The notes under the pieces: generated by a model | The model's input: only the letters and a program-made list of their open reading frames with translations | Told to the model about the DNA's origin: nothing | Database searches by the model: none | Made by a program: the position numbers and the translations under genes | Shown here: positions 26,180 to 35,310 of the stretch, one piece after another | Layout of the letters: every line of letters starts with the position of its first letter | How positions within the stretch are numbered: the stretch's first letter is position 1 | NCBI GenBank assembly: GCA_963674735.2 | Contig: CAXXQS010000001.1 | Span: 1,632,001 to 1,696,000, forward strand | Length of the DNA: 64,000 nt | From: Myxococcota bacterium | GTDB lineage: Bacteria; Myxococcota_A; SURF-8 | Reading direction: 5' to 3'

Positions 26180-29100
26180 ATGACTGTGAAATGCATGGTG
26201 AAAACACTTGCCGTCTGTTTGCTCATGACCGCGTTTGTGGCGGCCTGCTCGGGCGATGACTATCCGGACATCGAGAGTGATGGGGATCTTTCCGCCGCCG
26301 ATGCCGATGGCGACACCCCTGCCGACGGCGACCCGGACGATGACGCCTTGGACTCGGACGAAAATCCCACCGACGGCGATGACCCCACCGACGGCGACGT
26401 CCCAACCGACGGCGACATGGACGACGACGTCATGGACCTGGACGACAATGGTGATGAACCGGTGGTTTCCATCGAAGAAGCGCTCGCGAGGTTCTGGCAG
26501 CTTCTCAGCGACGATGGCGACAACCACGACGCCGCGTTCGAAGCCTGGCTGGCGAAAGAGCCGATCCCGGCCGGTCAAACGATCGTGGCCGCATTCGACG
26601 AAGACTTGAGCCTGGATATCGCCGACGATTCCTGGTTGTTCGTCATCGATGAAAGACCCGGCGCGCTGTTCGATCACCCCATGCGCTACATTCTGATTCC
26701 ACTTGACGGCTCCAACCCGATCAGCTTCGACGCGACCTCTCCCCCGCTGCTAACCAACCCCGTAGCCGCTCTTCCGGAACTTGTTTTTGCCACCACGTCC
26801 TATAACAGCCAAGGCGCGGCGATGGCCGCACCGGCAACCACCCGCGACGATCCTCCGGCTCTGCGCGACTACGGCGATGCGCCCGAGTCGCTTTCGGCGT
26901 ATTACGGGGGCGTGGCCGGTTACTATCCCGTGCGCGAAAGTTCCGACGGCGCGCGCACGCAAAGCTGCGAATATCTGCATTTGGGTCCGGATTGCTCGCA
27001 GGAAGCGGGCCCGGAAGATCCGTCCGACCCGGATGGCCGCCCGAACTTCGTCGACCAGGACCAAGACGACGGCGTGATCTGGTCGCTGGGTTTCGCTCCG
27101 GGCGGGGTGAAACATACGATCATTGCACGAGTGAATGTGGCCGACCATGCGGACGCGCCGCAGACCCAATACCTGAACGTGCTGTTCGATCGCAATCGGG
27201 ATGGCGATTGGGCGGACGACGGCGAGTGGATCGTTGAAAACCATACTTTGAATCTGGCAGCCGATACCGTCGATGAGTGGGTGGTTCTCGATGTCACCCT
27301 GCCCGACACGGCGGAGGCGGTTTGCGGCGGAGCCTGGGCGCGAGTGGTTCTCTCAGACAGCGAGGTGGCCGGCGACACCTGGACCGGTACCGGCGAATAC
27401 GCCCAGGGCGAAGTGGAAGATCTCTACATTCGGCAACATCCGCAAAGCCCCGAGGTCTGTCACCCCATTCTGCCTCCCCCCGATTGGGAGGATCCGCCCC
27501 CCGACGGCGACGTGGACGGCGATAGCGCCGACGGCGACGAGCCGGACGACGTGTGCGACATCCCGATCGGAAAACAGGCCATCGTGCTGGCCGGTCCCGA
27601 CCATGCGGAAGGCGTTCCCATCGTGCGCCTGACCGCCGCCGCCATGAATCAGTTCCTCAAAAGCGCAGGCTATCAGTCTTCCATCCTGCGTCCGCAAAGC
27701 AACGCCGACGTATCCACGGCCCTGACCGGCCTGGCCGCAAACGTCAAATGTCTCGACCGCGTCATGATCTATGTGATCGCCCATGGACGCGCAAAAAATG
27801 GCCAGGGCACCGCTGAAATGCGTCTGGCCAGCAGCGAGCTGATCAGCGCAGCCGACTTCTTCCAGGCCATCGCCTCCGCGATTCCGCCCTGCCCCGGCGG
27901 CTCGAAAGAAGCCGGGGAATGCGAAACGGCGAGCCAAGCCTGCAACCTGACGCTGATTGTCGAAAGCTGTTTCTCCGGTAGTTTCGCCAGCGAACTGGGC
28001 AGCCTGGGAGACAAAACAGGCCGCACCCTCATCCTTTCCAGCGCGTCGGACAAACCGTCCTGGACCGAAAACGGCACCGGTTACGTCGCTCAAGCCATCC
28101 AGGCGGCGGCGGACAATCCCGATGCGGTCGATGCCGATCAGAACGGCGAAATCACGCCACTGGAATGGGCGAACTACATCCATCAGTACGTCCAGAAGGC
28201 CTCCGGCAAGCACAATCAAAACACATCCCAGAGTATCACGGCCCCGAATTGTCCCTGCGATTGCTGCGGTGACGGCATCGTGCAAAGCAGCCAGGAAAAC
28301 GTCAACGGCGTTATGCAACCCTCACACACGGAAGCATGCGAACGGCCGGGAGACGTGTGCATCGGCGGGTCGGGAATCGGCATTTGCGACAGCGTTTGCC
28401 TCTGCCCACCCCTTGAAGGCTGCGGCGATGGCACGGTTCAAAGCGGTGAAGAGTGCGGCGAGCCGGGACTTGCGGCCTGCGAAGGCGGCGAAAGCTGCGT
28501 CCGGTGTGTGTGTGTCGGAGATATGCCGGTCTGCGGCAACGGCACCGCCGAGCCCGGCGAGCAATGCGGCGAACCGGGTCGAACCTGTCCGGAAGGCCAG
28601 TATTGTGGTGAGGATTGCCAATGCTATTTCCCTTACTGCGGCAACGGCCTTCCCGAAATGAGCGAAGAATGCGGCGAACCGGGGCTGAGCGCATGCCCGG
28701 GTCGGGAATACTGCAAAGACTGCCGGTGCTTTACACCAATCTGCGGCAACGACACCGCCGAGCCGGGTGAAACCTGCGGCGAGCCGGGCCTACCTCAATG
28801 TCCGGATGGCCAATACTGCGCCGAAAGCACCTGCACCTGCGTCGAGCCGGTTTGCGGAAATAACACGGCGGAAATGGGCGAAGCCTGCGGCGAACCGGGA
28901 CTGTCGGATTGTCCGCAAGGCCAATATTGCAGCGACGGCACCTGCACCTGCCTGACCGCCGCCTGCAACAATGGCACGGCCGATCCCGGCGAGACCTGCG
29001 GCGAACCGGGTCTCGCCCAATGTCCGGATGGCCAGTACTGCAGCGACAGCACCTGTACCTGCGTCACACCCACTTGCGGCAATGATGCCGCCGAGCCGGG

Positions 29101-29944
29101 CGAAGAATGTGGCGAGCCGGGCCTGGACGCCTGCGACGAAGACGCCAGCGAAATGTGTATCGGCTGCAAATGCGTCGTCGTAACACCCGTTTGTGGAAAC
29201 GGCGTGATCGAGCCGAAGGAAACCTGCGGCGAGCCGGACCTGCCCGATTGCCCGAGCGGCCAATACTGCAACCACGTTTGCCACTGTACAACACCGGTCT
29301 GCGGCAACGGTTTCGGAGAACCGGGCGAAGTCTGCGGCGAATCCGATCTTCCCGCGTGCTCCGGCGGGAGCTACTGCAACGATTCCTGCCAATGCGTCAT
29401 GCCCGTTTGCGGAAATGACAACACGGAACCGGGTGAGGATTGCGATAGCCAAGACCCGAGCATCGGGTGTCCAGACGGCCAACTCTGCCATAGCTGTCGC
29501 TGCTATCCCGAAACGTGTGTTCCCCAGAAACCGCTTGCGCCCAATACGCCGACGACCGAGTTTTACCCCGACTCGTTCTTTGATATCTTCCCCTTCAGCA
29601 CCATCGACGAAGCGTGCATGACACCGGGGTTACTTGGAAGCGAAGCCGTTCTGGACATCGTCGCGCCCTGCGTCGGACCCTTCTCCGTCATCCTCTCCTC
29701 ATCGGAGGCGGCAACCGAACAATCCGCCTACACCTACCTGCTCTATGCGGATACCGGATGCACGGGACAGTCATGCTTGGTCGGATCCGGATTCCAATTC
29801 AATGGAAGTACCTGGAGCGCCCAACTGGACTATTATGCGGAGATGCCCAATCAGAGGTTTTTCGTCGTCATCGACACGCGAATCGCCTTCCCGGACGCGT
29901 CCTTCCCGGTTGATGTTTTGTTCGATGTGGCGTGTCAGCAGTGA
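26180..29944 (+). CDS. Large lipoprotein: DGD tether, GEVED domain, clan CD (caspase/C13-like) peptidase domain, tandem Cys-rich repeats
   Basis: GGAGG RBS; lipobox FVAAC; DGD repeats; DYGDAP...FDRNRDGDW...GEVED; MIYVIAHG and LIVESCFSGSF (His/Cys dyad); EF-hand-like DADQNGEITPLE; ten CGN..EPGE.CGEPG repeats. Confidence 0.8.
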   Translation: MTVKCMVKTLAVCLLMTAFVAACSGDDYPDIESDGDLSAADADGDTPADGDPDDDALDSDENPTDGDDPTDGDVPTDGDMDDDVMDLDDNGDEPVVSIEEALARFWQLLSDDGDNHDAAFEAWLAKEPIPAGQTIVAAFDEDLSLDIADDSWLFVIDERPGALFDHPMRYILIPLDGSNPISFDATSPPLLTNPVAALPELVFATTSYNSQGAAMAAPATTRDDPPALRDYGDAPESLSAYYGGVAGYYPVRESSDGARTQSCEYLHLGPDCSQEAGPEDPSDPDGRPNFVDQDQDDGVIWSLGFAPGGVKHTIIARVNVADHADAPQTQYLNVLFDRNRDGDWADDGEWIVENHTLNLAADTVDEWVVLDVTLPDTAEAVCGGAWARVVLSDSEVAGDTWTGTGEYAQGEVEDLYIRQHPQSPEVCHPILPPPDWEDPPPDGDVDGDSADGDEPDDVCDIPIGKQAIVLAGPDHAEGVPIVRLTAAAMNQFLKSAGYQSSILRPQSNADVSTALTGLAANVKCLDRVMIYVIAHGRAKNGQGTAEMRLASSELISAADFFQAIASAIPPCPGGSKEAGECETASQACNLTLIVESCFSGSFASELGSLGDKTGRTLILSSASDKPSWTENGTGYVAQAIQAAADNPDAVDADQNGEITPLEWANYIHQYVQKASGKHNQNTSQSITAPNCPCDCCGDGIVQSSQENVNGVMQPSHTEACERPGDVCIGGSGIGICDSVCLCPPLEGCGDGTVQSGEECGEPGLAACEGGESCVRCVCVGDMPVCGNGTAEPGEQCGEPGRTCPEGQYCGEDCQCYFPYCGNGLPEMSEECGEPGLSACPGREYCKDCRCFTPICGNDTAEPGETCGEPGLPQCPDGQYCAESTCTCVEPVCGNNTAEMGEACGEPGLSDCPQGQYCSDGTCTCLTAACNNGTADPGETCGEPGLAQCPDGQYCSDSTCTCVTPTCGNDAAEPGEECGEPGLDACDEDASEMCIGCKCVVVTPVCGNGVIEPKETCGEPDLPDCPSGQYCNHVCHCTTPVCGNGFGEPGEVCGESDLPACSGGSYCNDSCQCVMPVCGNDNTEPGEDCDSQDPSIGCPDGQLCHSCRCYPETCVPQKPLAPNTPTTEFYPDSFFDIFPFSTIDEACMTPGLLGSEAVLDIVAPCVGPFSVILSSSEAATEQSAYTYLLYADTGCTGQSCLVGSGFQFNGSTWSAQLDYYAEMPNQRFFVVIDTRIAFPDASFPVDVLFDVACQQ
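28421..29509 (+). repeat. Ten intragenic Cys-rich repeats of ~36 aa (myxobacterial CGN-type)
   Basis: Units begin CGDGTVQSGEECGEPG, CGNGTAEPGEQCGEPG, CGNGLPEMSEECGEPG, CGNDTAEPGETCGEPG, CGNNTAEMGEACGEPG, CNNGTADPGETCGEPG, CGNDAAEPGEECGEPG, CGNGVIEPKETCGEPD, CGNGFGEPGEVCGESD, CGNDNTEPGEDCDSQD. Confidence 0.9.
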
Positions 29945-29969
29945 TGAGACCGCCATTTGACTGAAGCGA

Positions 29970-29995
29970 AACGCGGGGTCGTCGGGCCCCGCGTT
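29970..29995. terminator. Hairpin terminator between convergent genes
   Basis: AACGCGGGG...CCCCGCGTT 9-bp stem, followed on the + strand by CTTATTAT. Confidence 0.65.
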
Positions 29996-30030
29996 CTTAT
30001 TATGAAGCCAGGCAGAGAAAATCGCGCTGG

Positions 30031-31452
30031 CTAGTCCTCCAGCTTGCCGGGATTGAAAATCCCGTTCGGGTCCATGAGCCGCTTGACCCGCTTCATCAAC
30101 GCCAGCATCCCCGGATCCAGCCGGGGCGCGAGCACCTTCCAGGCCCAAGCCGGAGTTTTGTACATCACGAAACCCCGGTCGGCCAGCATACCGAGCAGTT
30201 CGAGATTCACGGCTTTGACTTTTTCGACTTCGTCGGGCTTCTGTTTGTCGAAAATCGTGATGAAACGCAAAACGCCGAAATGCCCGCCGCGCATCGGTCG
30301 GCTGACGATCATAGGCGGAAAGCCGCGCTCGATCATGACGGCGCTGCAGGCCTCGGCCGCCTCGATGAAACGCGGAACCGGTCCATAGGTGCCGATCCAG
30401 CTCAAGCCCCCTCCCCCGTGCTTCGTCAGAAAATCGAGTTCGGTCGGGAACTCGGCGAACTTGCCCATCGCCGGATTGACTTTCACCAGCTGGTTGACAT
30501 CGAGCGGCGCTTCGTAACGCTCGCCTTTCTCGGCGAGTTCACCCAGGATTTTCCTGAGGATCTTTTCTTTCACCGCCATTTCCTCTTCGATTTCAGCCGT
30601 GAGATCCACGTACAGGAAAAACGTCGGCTCACCGGGATCGGGAACGGGATGAGGATGTTTGACCCCCATCATCATTTTCCCGGCCGGCCACGAAAGCCCA
30701 CCGATATCATCGCAGATTTCCGCTCGGCACAGGCACATCATGGCTTTGTAGGTGGAGCGCGGACCGTAGGTTAAAACAAACAGGCGCTTGTTGAGCGGAT
30801 GGGCGGGCCACAATTGGAACGCCATCTTGACCGCCAACCCGGTCGTCCCCTGCCACGCAACAAACAGTCCGCTCAGGTCGGGAAACGGGACCAATCCGAA
30901 GGGCGGGGTGTCGCGCTGCGCCCAGGCTCCCGTTTTGGCCAGCGTCCCGTCGTTCAGCACCACTTCCAGCCCGGCAATCCAATCCGATTGATCGCCATAC
31001 TTGAGCGAACGATTGGTCAGCCCGCCTAAAAGTGCATTGGCGAAAATGGAGGTGTCGGGCGGCGCCAGCGAATACCCCAATGTAAGCGGCACGTTTTCGT
31101 CAATGAGCCGTTGCTTTATCTGTCGTTGGGTCACACCCGGTTCGGCAATCGCCACCATGTTGTCGGCGTCGATCTCAAGGCCGTTCATGCGCGACATATC
31201 CAAAACGATCCCGCCTCGACTGGGGATCGTCAACCCGCCGACGTTGGTCCCGTACGCCCGTGGAGTAAGCGGGATCTGACGAGCATTGGCTTCGGCCACG
31301 ATCCGGCAAACCTGTTCGGCCGTTTCGACAAACACGACGAGATCCGGCGAAGACGCCTCGATTTCGGTAAAATCCTCCGCATATTCCCGCAACAGCGCCG
31401 GGGCATCCAGGACGTTTTCTTCTCCCACGATTTCCATCAAGAATTTCTTCAC
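30031..31452 (-). CDS. FAD-binding oxidoreductase (VAO/PCMH superfamily, GlcD-like)
   Basis: PDLVVFVETAEQV, PRAYGTNVGG, LDMSRMN, AEPGVT, GLEVVL.DG, C-terminal KRLMDPNGIFNPGK. Confidence 0.85.
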   Translation of the reverse strand: MKKFLMEIVGEENVLDAPALLREYAEDFTEIEASSPDLVVFVETAEQVCRIVAEANARQIPLTPRAYGTNVGGLTIPSRGGIVLDMSRMNGLEIDADNMVAIAEPGVTQRQIKQRLIDENVPLTLGYSLAPPDTSIFANALLGGLTNRSLKYGDQSDWIAGLEVVLNDGTLAKTGAWAQRDTPPFGLVPFPDLSGLFVAWQGTTGLAVKMAFQLWPAHPLNKRLFVLTYGPRSTYKAMMCLCRAEICDDIGGLSWPAGKMMMGVKHPHPVPDPGEPTFFLYVDLTAEIEEEMAVKEKILRKILGELAEKGERYEAPLDVNQLVKVNPAMGKFAEFPTELDFLTKHGGGGLSWIGTYGPVPRFIEAAEACSAVMIERGFPPMIVSRPMRGGHFGVLRFITIFDKQKPDEVEKVKAVNLELLGMLADRGFVMYKTPAWAWKVLAPRLDPGMLALMKRVKRLMDPNGIFNPGKLED

Positions 31453-31504
31453 GACAAATCCTTTCCGCGTTAAAGCAGCCGGAACATGGTATCCCTCGGT
31501 CGCC

Positions 31505-31939
31505 TCACAGCGAGGTTTCCACAGCCTTTTTCGCGTCGCTCTCTTCAGCCCGTATCAGCGGCAACAGTTTCAGCAAGAATAGAAGGTTACCGCCGATCCG
31601 AATACGGCCGGACAAGAACGGGCCGACCACGGCTCCCTCCGTGACCACATTCAAAAGCGAAACCATATCGCCCGCCACACGTGCCTTGATCGGTCCAGAC
31701 TCACCCTTGTAGCAGGTGATGTCCCCCTTATCGAAAGCGAGGGTCACCCCCATTTCACCGGCAACCACCAGCACACGACCCTTCAAAACGGCGGCGAGCC
31801 GGGCCTTTTTCGGAATCGCGACATTGGTGGAAAGCAGTCCCTGCATCAACAAGCCAAGCAAGTTCATGTGCTCGGGATCATCCACTCGAACCGTGATTTC
31901 TTTTGTCGATTTAACGTCCGTTTCATTTACCATCAGCAT
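31505..31939 (-). CDS. SCP2 (sterol carrier)-like small protein
   Basis: Beta-rich core, then PFLSGRIRIGGNLLFLLKL, matching the SCP2 C-terminal pattern (F..G.L.I.G.). Start may be 31933. Confidence 0.6.
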   Translation of the reverse strand: MLMVNETDVKSTKEITVRVDDPEHMNLLGLLMQGLLSTNVAIPKKARLAAVLKGRVLVVAGEMGVTLAFDKGDITCYKGESGPIKARVAGDMVSLLNVVTEGAVVGPFLSGRIRIGGNLLFLLKLLPLIRAEESDAKKAVETSL

Positions 31940-31957
31940 CTCCCAAACGTGTCGGGT

Positions 31958-33163
31958 TCACTCATTCGCAGATCCGAATAGATGTTGTTCGGCGTACCAA
32001 CTGGCATAGAGGAACTGCAGATTGCAACCCGAGCAGAAGTATTCCAAGTCCGTTTCCTTCGCCACGTTCCCATCCATCCAATGATGCAGCAGACGTCCAT
32101 CGACATAGAGGTAATCATGGATGAAGGCCGCCACCTGCACAAACTCGTCCCGATACGTATCGTCGTTGGTCACCTCCCACAACATCGCTTGCGCCAGCAG
32201 CAGGTAATTCTGGCTCGACAAGGTTATGTAGTCATCCGTCTGCGCACCCATCACCACCGCGCTGTAAGGACTGCGATAGCCGCCTTTGGTTTCGTCCTTG
32301 AGCGGCTGAATGGCCGCGTAACAATCCAACAGGCGCTGCCGATAAGCGGCTTGCTCCGTAAGCTTGTAGGCCAGTGAATTCGATAACATCATAATGAGGT
32401 GTGGATATAGATAGAGCTTTTCTTTATCCGGGTGCAAGCGATAGTAGCTGTCGCTCCAGGCCGCAGCATCGATGGCCTCGATGATTTCAAGACCGAAAGC
32501 CGTCCGCTCGTCTTCCCGTTCCGTATCGAGCAGATCGGCGTAGCGCAGATTCAATAGGGCCACGACGCCCGTAATGGCGGTGGGACCGTAAACCGTAAGC
32601 GCCCAGGAATTGATCGAAAGATCCAGATACATCCCCATCGCTTCCAACTGGTCGTTTGTGATGTCGATCAGATCGTCCAGATCCTCGATATTGGTCAGAT
32701 CGCCGCGTTCGGCCATATCCTCGATCAATCCCAATGCCGCCATCAGAACTTCTTCCAGGTTTTCCATGAAATAGACGAAATTGACATTGGCCTCCTGGAT
32801 CACCTCCAAATTCCGTTGCCCCGCGACAATCGCCCGATCTAAATAATCCTGTCGTCCGTAACTACCGGCCGCACGGGTATAAAACGCCTGTCCGTAAAAC
32901 GACGCGTCCCCCAGATCGTCCTCCCAATCTCCGGCCGTAATGGGAAAGCCGAACGCGACCTCCTGCAATTCCTCATAGAATTCGGCATACGGCAACGGAC
33001 TGTTCGCTTCATTGTCTTCCGATTCGGCGCGATCCGTATCGCCATCGGTAGAGGGTGGATCGTCCGAATCCCCATCCGTTTGTTGGCTGGAATCGCCACA
33101 ACTTGAAAGGCAGAGTAAACCGAAGGTCAGCCCGATGATGGCCAGCAGGTGGCGCGTCGTCAT
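31958..33163 (-). CDS. Lipoprotein with DGD tether and helical-repeat (alpha/alpha barrel, GH76-like) domain
   Basis: RBS GAGGGGAGG; lipobox LSSC; TDGDSDDPPSTDGD; repeated helices such as LAYKLTEQAAYRQR and MLWEVTNDDTYRDEF typical of six-hairpin glycosidase folds. The family assignment is an inference. Confidence 0.6.
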   Translation of the reverse strand: MTTRHLLAIIGLTFGLLCLSSCGDSSQQTDGDSDDPPSTDGDTDRAESEDNEANSPLPYAEFYEELQEVAFGFPITAGDWEDDLGDASFYGQAFYTRAAGSYGRQDYLDRAIVAGQRNLEVIQEANVNFVYFMENLEEVLMAALGLIEDMAERGDLTNIEDLDDLIDITNDQLEAMGMYLDLSINSWALTVYGPTAITGVVALLNLRYADLLDTEREDERTAFGLEIIEAIDAAAWSDSYYRLHPDKEKLYLYPHLIMMLSNSLAYKLTEQAAYRQRLLDCYAAIQPLKDETKGGYRSPYSAVVMGAQTDDYITLSSQNYLLLAQAMLWEVTNDDTYRDEFVQVAAFIHDYLYVDGRLLHHWMDGNVAKETDLEYFCSGCNLQFLYASWYAEQHLFGSANE

Positions 33164-33177
33164 GGTCCCTCCCCTCT

Positions 33178-33198
33178 TCCACGTTGAGACAACGTGGA
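33178..33198. promoter_or_regulatory. Perfect palindrome next to the RBS (operator or 5' UTR hairpin)
   Basis: TCCACGTTG-AGA-CAACGTGGA, immediately 5' of the RBS of the 33163 gene. Confidence 0.45.
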
Positions 33199-33321
33199 GT
33201 CGCTTAAGGTTCACTGCGTCTTGATGCGGTCGTGCGTGTGTGCATAAAACCCTAACGTACTTCGCCGGTTTTGTCACTTATTTAGTTGTATTTTAATAGA
33301 CAAGGCCAGGAGGCAAGAAAC

Positions 33322-33377
33322 AAACGGATTCCGAAACGCGAAAAAAGCGGTGGGTTCAGGACTGTTTCGGAATGTTT
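33322..33377 (-). terminator. Inverted repeat after the C25 gene, probable terminator
   Basis: ATTCCGAAAC (33328-33337) / GTTTCGGAAT (33364-33373), followed on the minus strand by T-rich GTTTGTTTCTT. Confidence 0.45.
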
Positions 33378-33391
33378 AGCCTGCTGGAGAC

Positions 33392-35119
33392 TTACTCGGG
33401 GGCGCGCATAACACCGAAGCTGTCGACCACACCATCGTCCGCATAGACTTTGATATAGTTTTTGTATTCCGCCAACTCCGGGTCAAACGTCAACTCGACG
33501 GTGAATCGCCCGTTTTCCACCGGGACGGTTACGCCGATGATCGTCTTGTCGTTCGCAATTTCCCAGTTGGCTTGAATCGTTTCGAGTTGCGCCGCCAAGG
33601 AGCCGTTGGGATCGATGGCCGTGACCTCGTGAACGTACTTATCTTGCGGCACTTCCAGGGTTACGAGCGCTTCCCCCGTGACGATTCCCGGCGTTTTGCC
33701 GCTCACTTCCAGGTGGCCGGAATCGACCGTGCCCGCGATCGCTTCGTCATCGAAAACGATCCGGCTGTAAGGGTATTTCATCGCGGCGGCGGGATCGCCC
33801 AAGAGGTTGTACAAATTGAGGTGTTCGTAGAGAATCGGTTCGAGGTCTTCTTCCGGGACATCCGACATCACCGAAACACTCACCATCAACTCGCGCAGGC
33901 TATCTTCGGTATTCTCGAAGGCTTGTCGTCTGGCAATCAACAGCGCTTCACCGACCGTTGCCGGTTGCAGATTCAGGGCCGCGCGTTGCAATTCATAGGG
34001 TAAAACCGCATTGGCATACGGATGCGAAACATCGGAAGACGCGAAAGTGGTGATGGGGCCGTCCGGGAAGAGCGTCAGCGCTTCCGCCAGATTTTCCGGA
34101 TGATCTCCCCGAAAGTCACCGGAGGAACAGCAGAAAAGAAAGGCGTGCGGGCGTCGATGTTGACAATCAACCAGATTCAGCTCGTCGATGCCGAAGGCCG
34201 ACGAGCCCGAGCGCGAGCCATGCCCGATATAGATGTTCATGATGCTGCCGCCGCTATAGAGGTCCACCACGATATCCTCGAAGGGATAGTAATAATAGGG
34301 GCTGCTTTTCACCTGATAGGCCCCACGCACGCTGAAGGCCTGATCCAAGCTGTCGATGGCTTTGAACAACAGCATTTCCATCGCGGAATCGATGGTGTCT
34401 CCGAAACCGGCCTCCCCGGCATACAAGGTAATTTGACGATTCCACAGCCCGACCTCGTATGAATGTTCGTGGTCTTCCAGTTTGGTCAGATAGTCCTGCA
34501 CCTGCTGCGCCGTACGCGCCGGAATGCGCCCCACCGCCACTTCCGGAATCCCATCCGCATCCAGGTCGCCATATGCGTTGTCGGTATAGCAACCTCCCAG
34601 GCTGTTGGTGCAATTCTGCGTCGGGATCCGGCCAGTGCGACTCTCATCGCCTTCCGGGTCGTCGCCGATCAACAACAGAAACAACGGTTCATCGTCCAGT
34701 TCCTCTTTCAACGGACGGAGCCGGTTCGTCACTTCCACAATCAAATTCTCAACGCTGCTCCCAAGCGGCACCAGATCGGAAACCGTAAAGAATGCCGTAC
34801 TGAAACCCAATTCTTCGCGATAAGCGGCAAACGCCTGTCCACTTTCGGCCAGATCATCCTGCGCCAGGACGACATAATTCACCGGTACAGGCGGCAACTC
34901 CGCTTCCGTATCGGCTTCTTCATCACCGTCGCTTGTGTCGGTATCGCCGTCGTTTGGCTGGTCGCCGTCGCTGACATCGCCGTCAACAGCATCGCCGTCT
35001 TCGCGATCGCCATCGCTATCCAGATCGGTTTCGGTATCGGAACAGCCCATCAACCCCACAAGCAGGAGAACGAGCGAAACAAGCCATAAAGATTTGCAGG
35101 AAACGCTGACGATACGCAT
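33392..35119 (-). CDS. Lipoprotein with DGD tether and peptidase C25 (gingipain-like) domain
   Basis: GGAGG RBS; lipobox LMGC; DGD repeats; FLLLIGD, YTDNAYGDLDADGIPEVAVGRIP, YIGHGS (His), FCCSSG (Cys), YNLLGDP. Confidence 0.85.
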   Translation of the reverse strand: MRIVSVSCKSLWLVSLVLLLVGLMGCSDTETDLDSDGDREDGDAVDGDVSDGDQPNDGDTDTSDGDEEADTEAELPPVPVNYVVLAQDDLAESGQAFAAYREELGFSTAFFTVSDLVPLGSSVENLIVEVTNRLRPLKEELDDEPLFLLLIGDDPEGDESRTGRIPTQNCTNSLGGCYTDNAYGDLDADGIPEVAVGRIPARTAQQVQDYLTKLEDHEHSYEVGLWNRQITLYAGEAGFGDTIDSAMEMLLFKAIDSLDQAFSVRGAYQVKSSPYYYYPFEDIVVDLYSGGSIMNIYIGHGSRSGSSAFGIDELNLVDCQHRRPHAFLFCCSSGDFRGDHPENLAEALTLFPDGPITTFASSDVSHPYANAVLPYELQRAALNLQPATVGEALLIARRQAFENTEDSLRELMVSVSVMSDVPEEDLEPILYEHLNLYNLLGDPAAAMKYPYSRIVFDDEAIAGTVDSGHLEVSGKTPGIVTGEALVTLEVPQDKYVHEVTAIDPNGSLAAQLETIQANWEIANDKTIIGVTVPVENGRFTVELTFDPELAEYKNYIKVYADDGVVDSFGVMRAPE

Positions 35120-35310
35120 AGTCGATTCCTCCGCAGGATGTGAAGCCAAGCTCGACAGGTCCGAGATATTAGAGTGTAAGCTCTTTGTTTTCCAGCTTTT
35201 TTCGTAATTTCCGATGAATTTTACAACGATATTAATTTGCGTCAGATCTCAAGTCTGCGTAAAGTATCGGGAATTAAGTTTATCACCCAACATTTTATTA
35301 CCATCGGGCA

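Noticed and set aside
28421-29509. Regularly spaced DNA repeats (TGCGGCGAxCCGGG) resembling an array
   Set aside because: They lie in frame within a CDS, vary at third codon positions and encode Cys-rich protein repeats. They are not CRISPR, and no cas genes are present.
35200-35280. Imperfect AT-rich inverted repeats upstream of the NSS transporter
   Set aside because: No match to an amino-acid riboswitch or T-box that I can recognise; compatible with an ordinary divergent promoter region.
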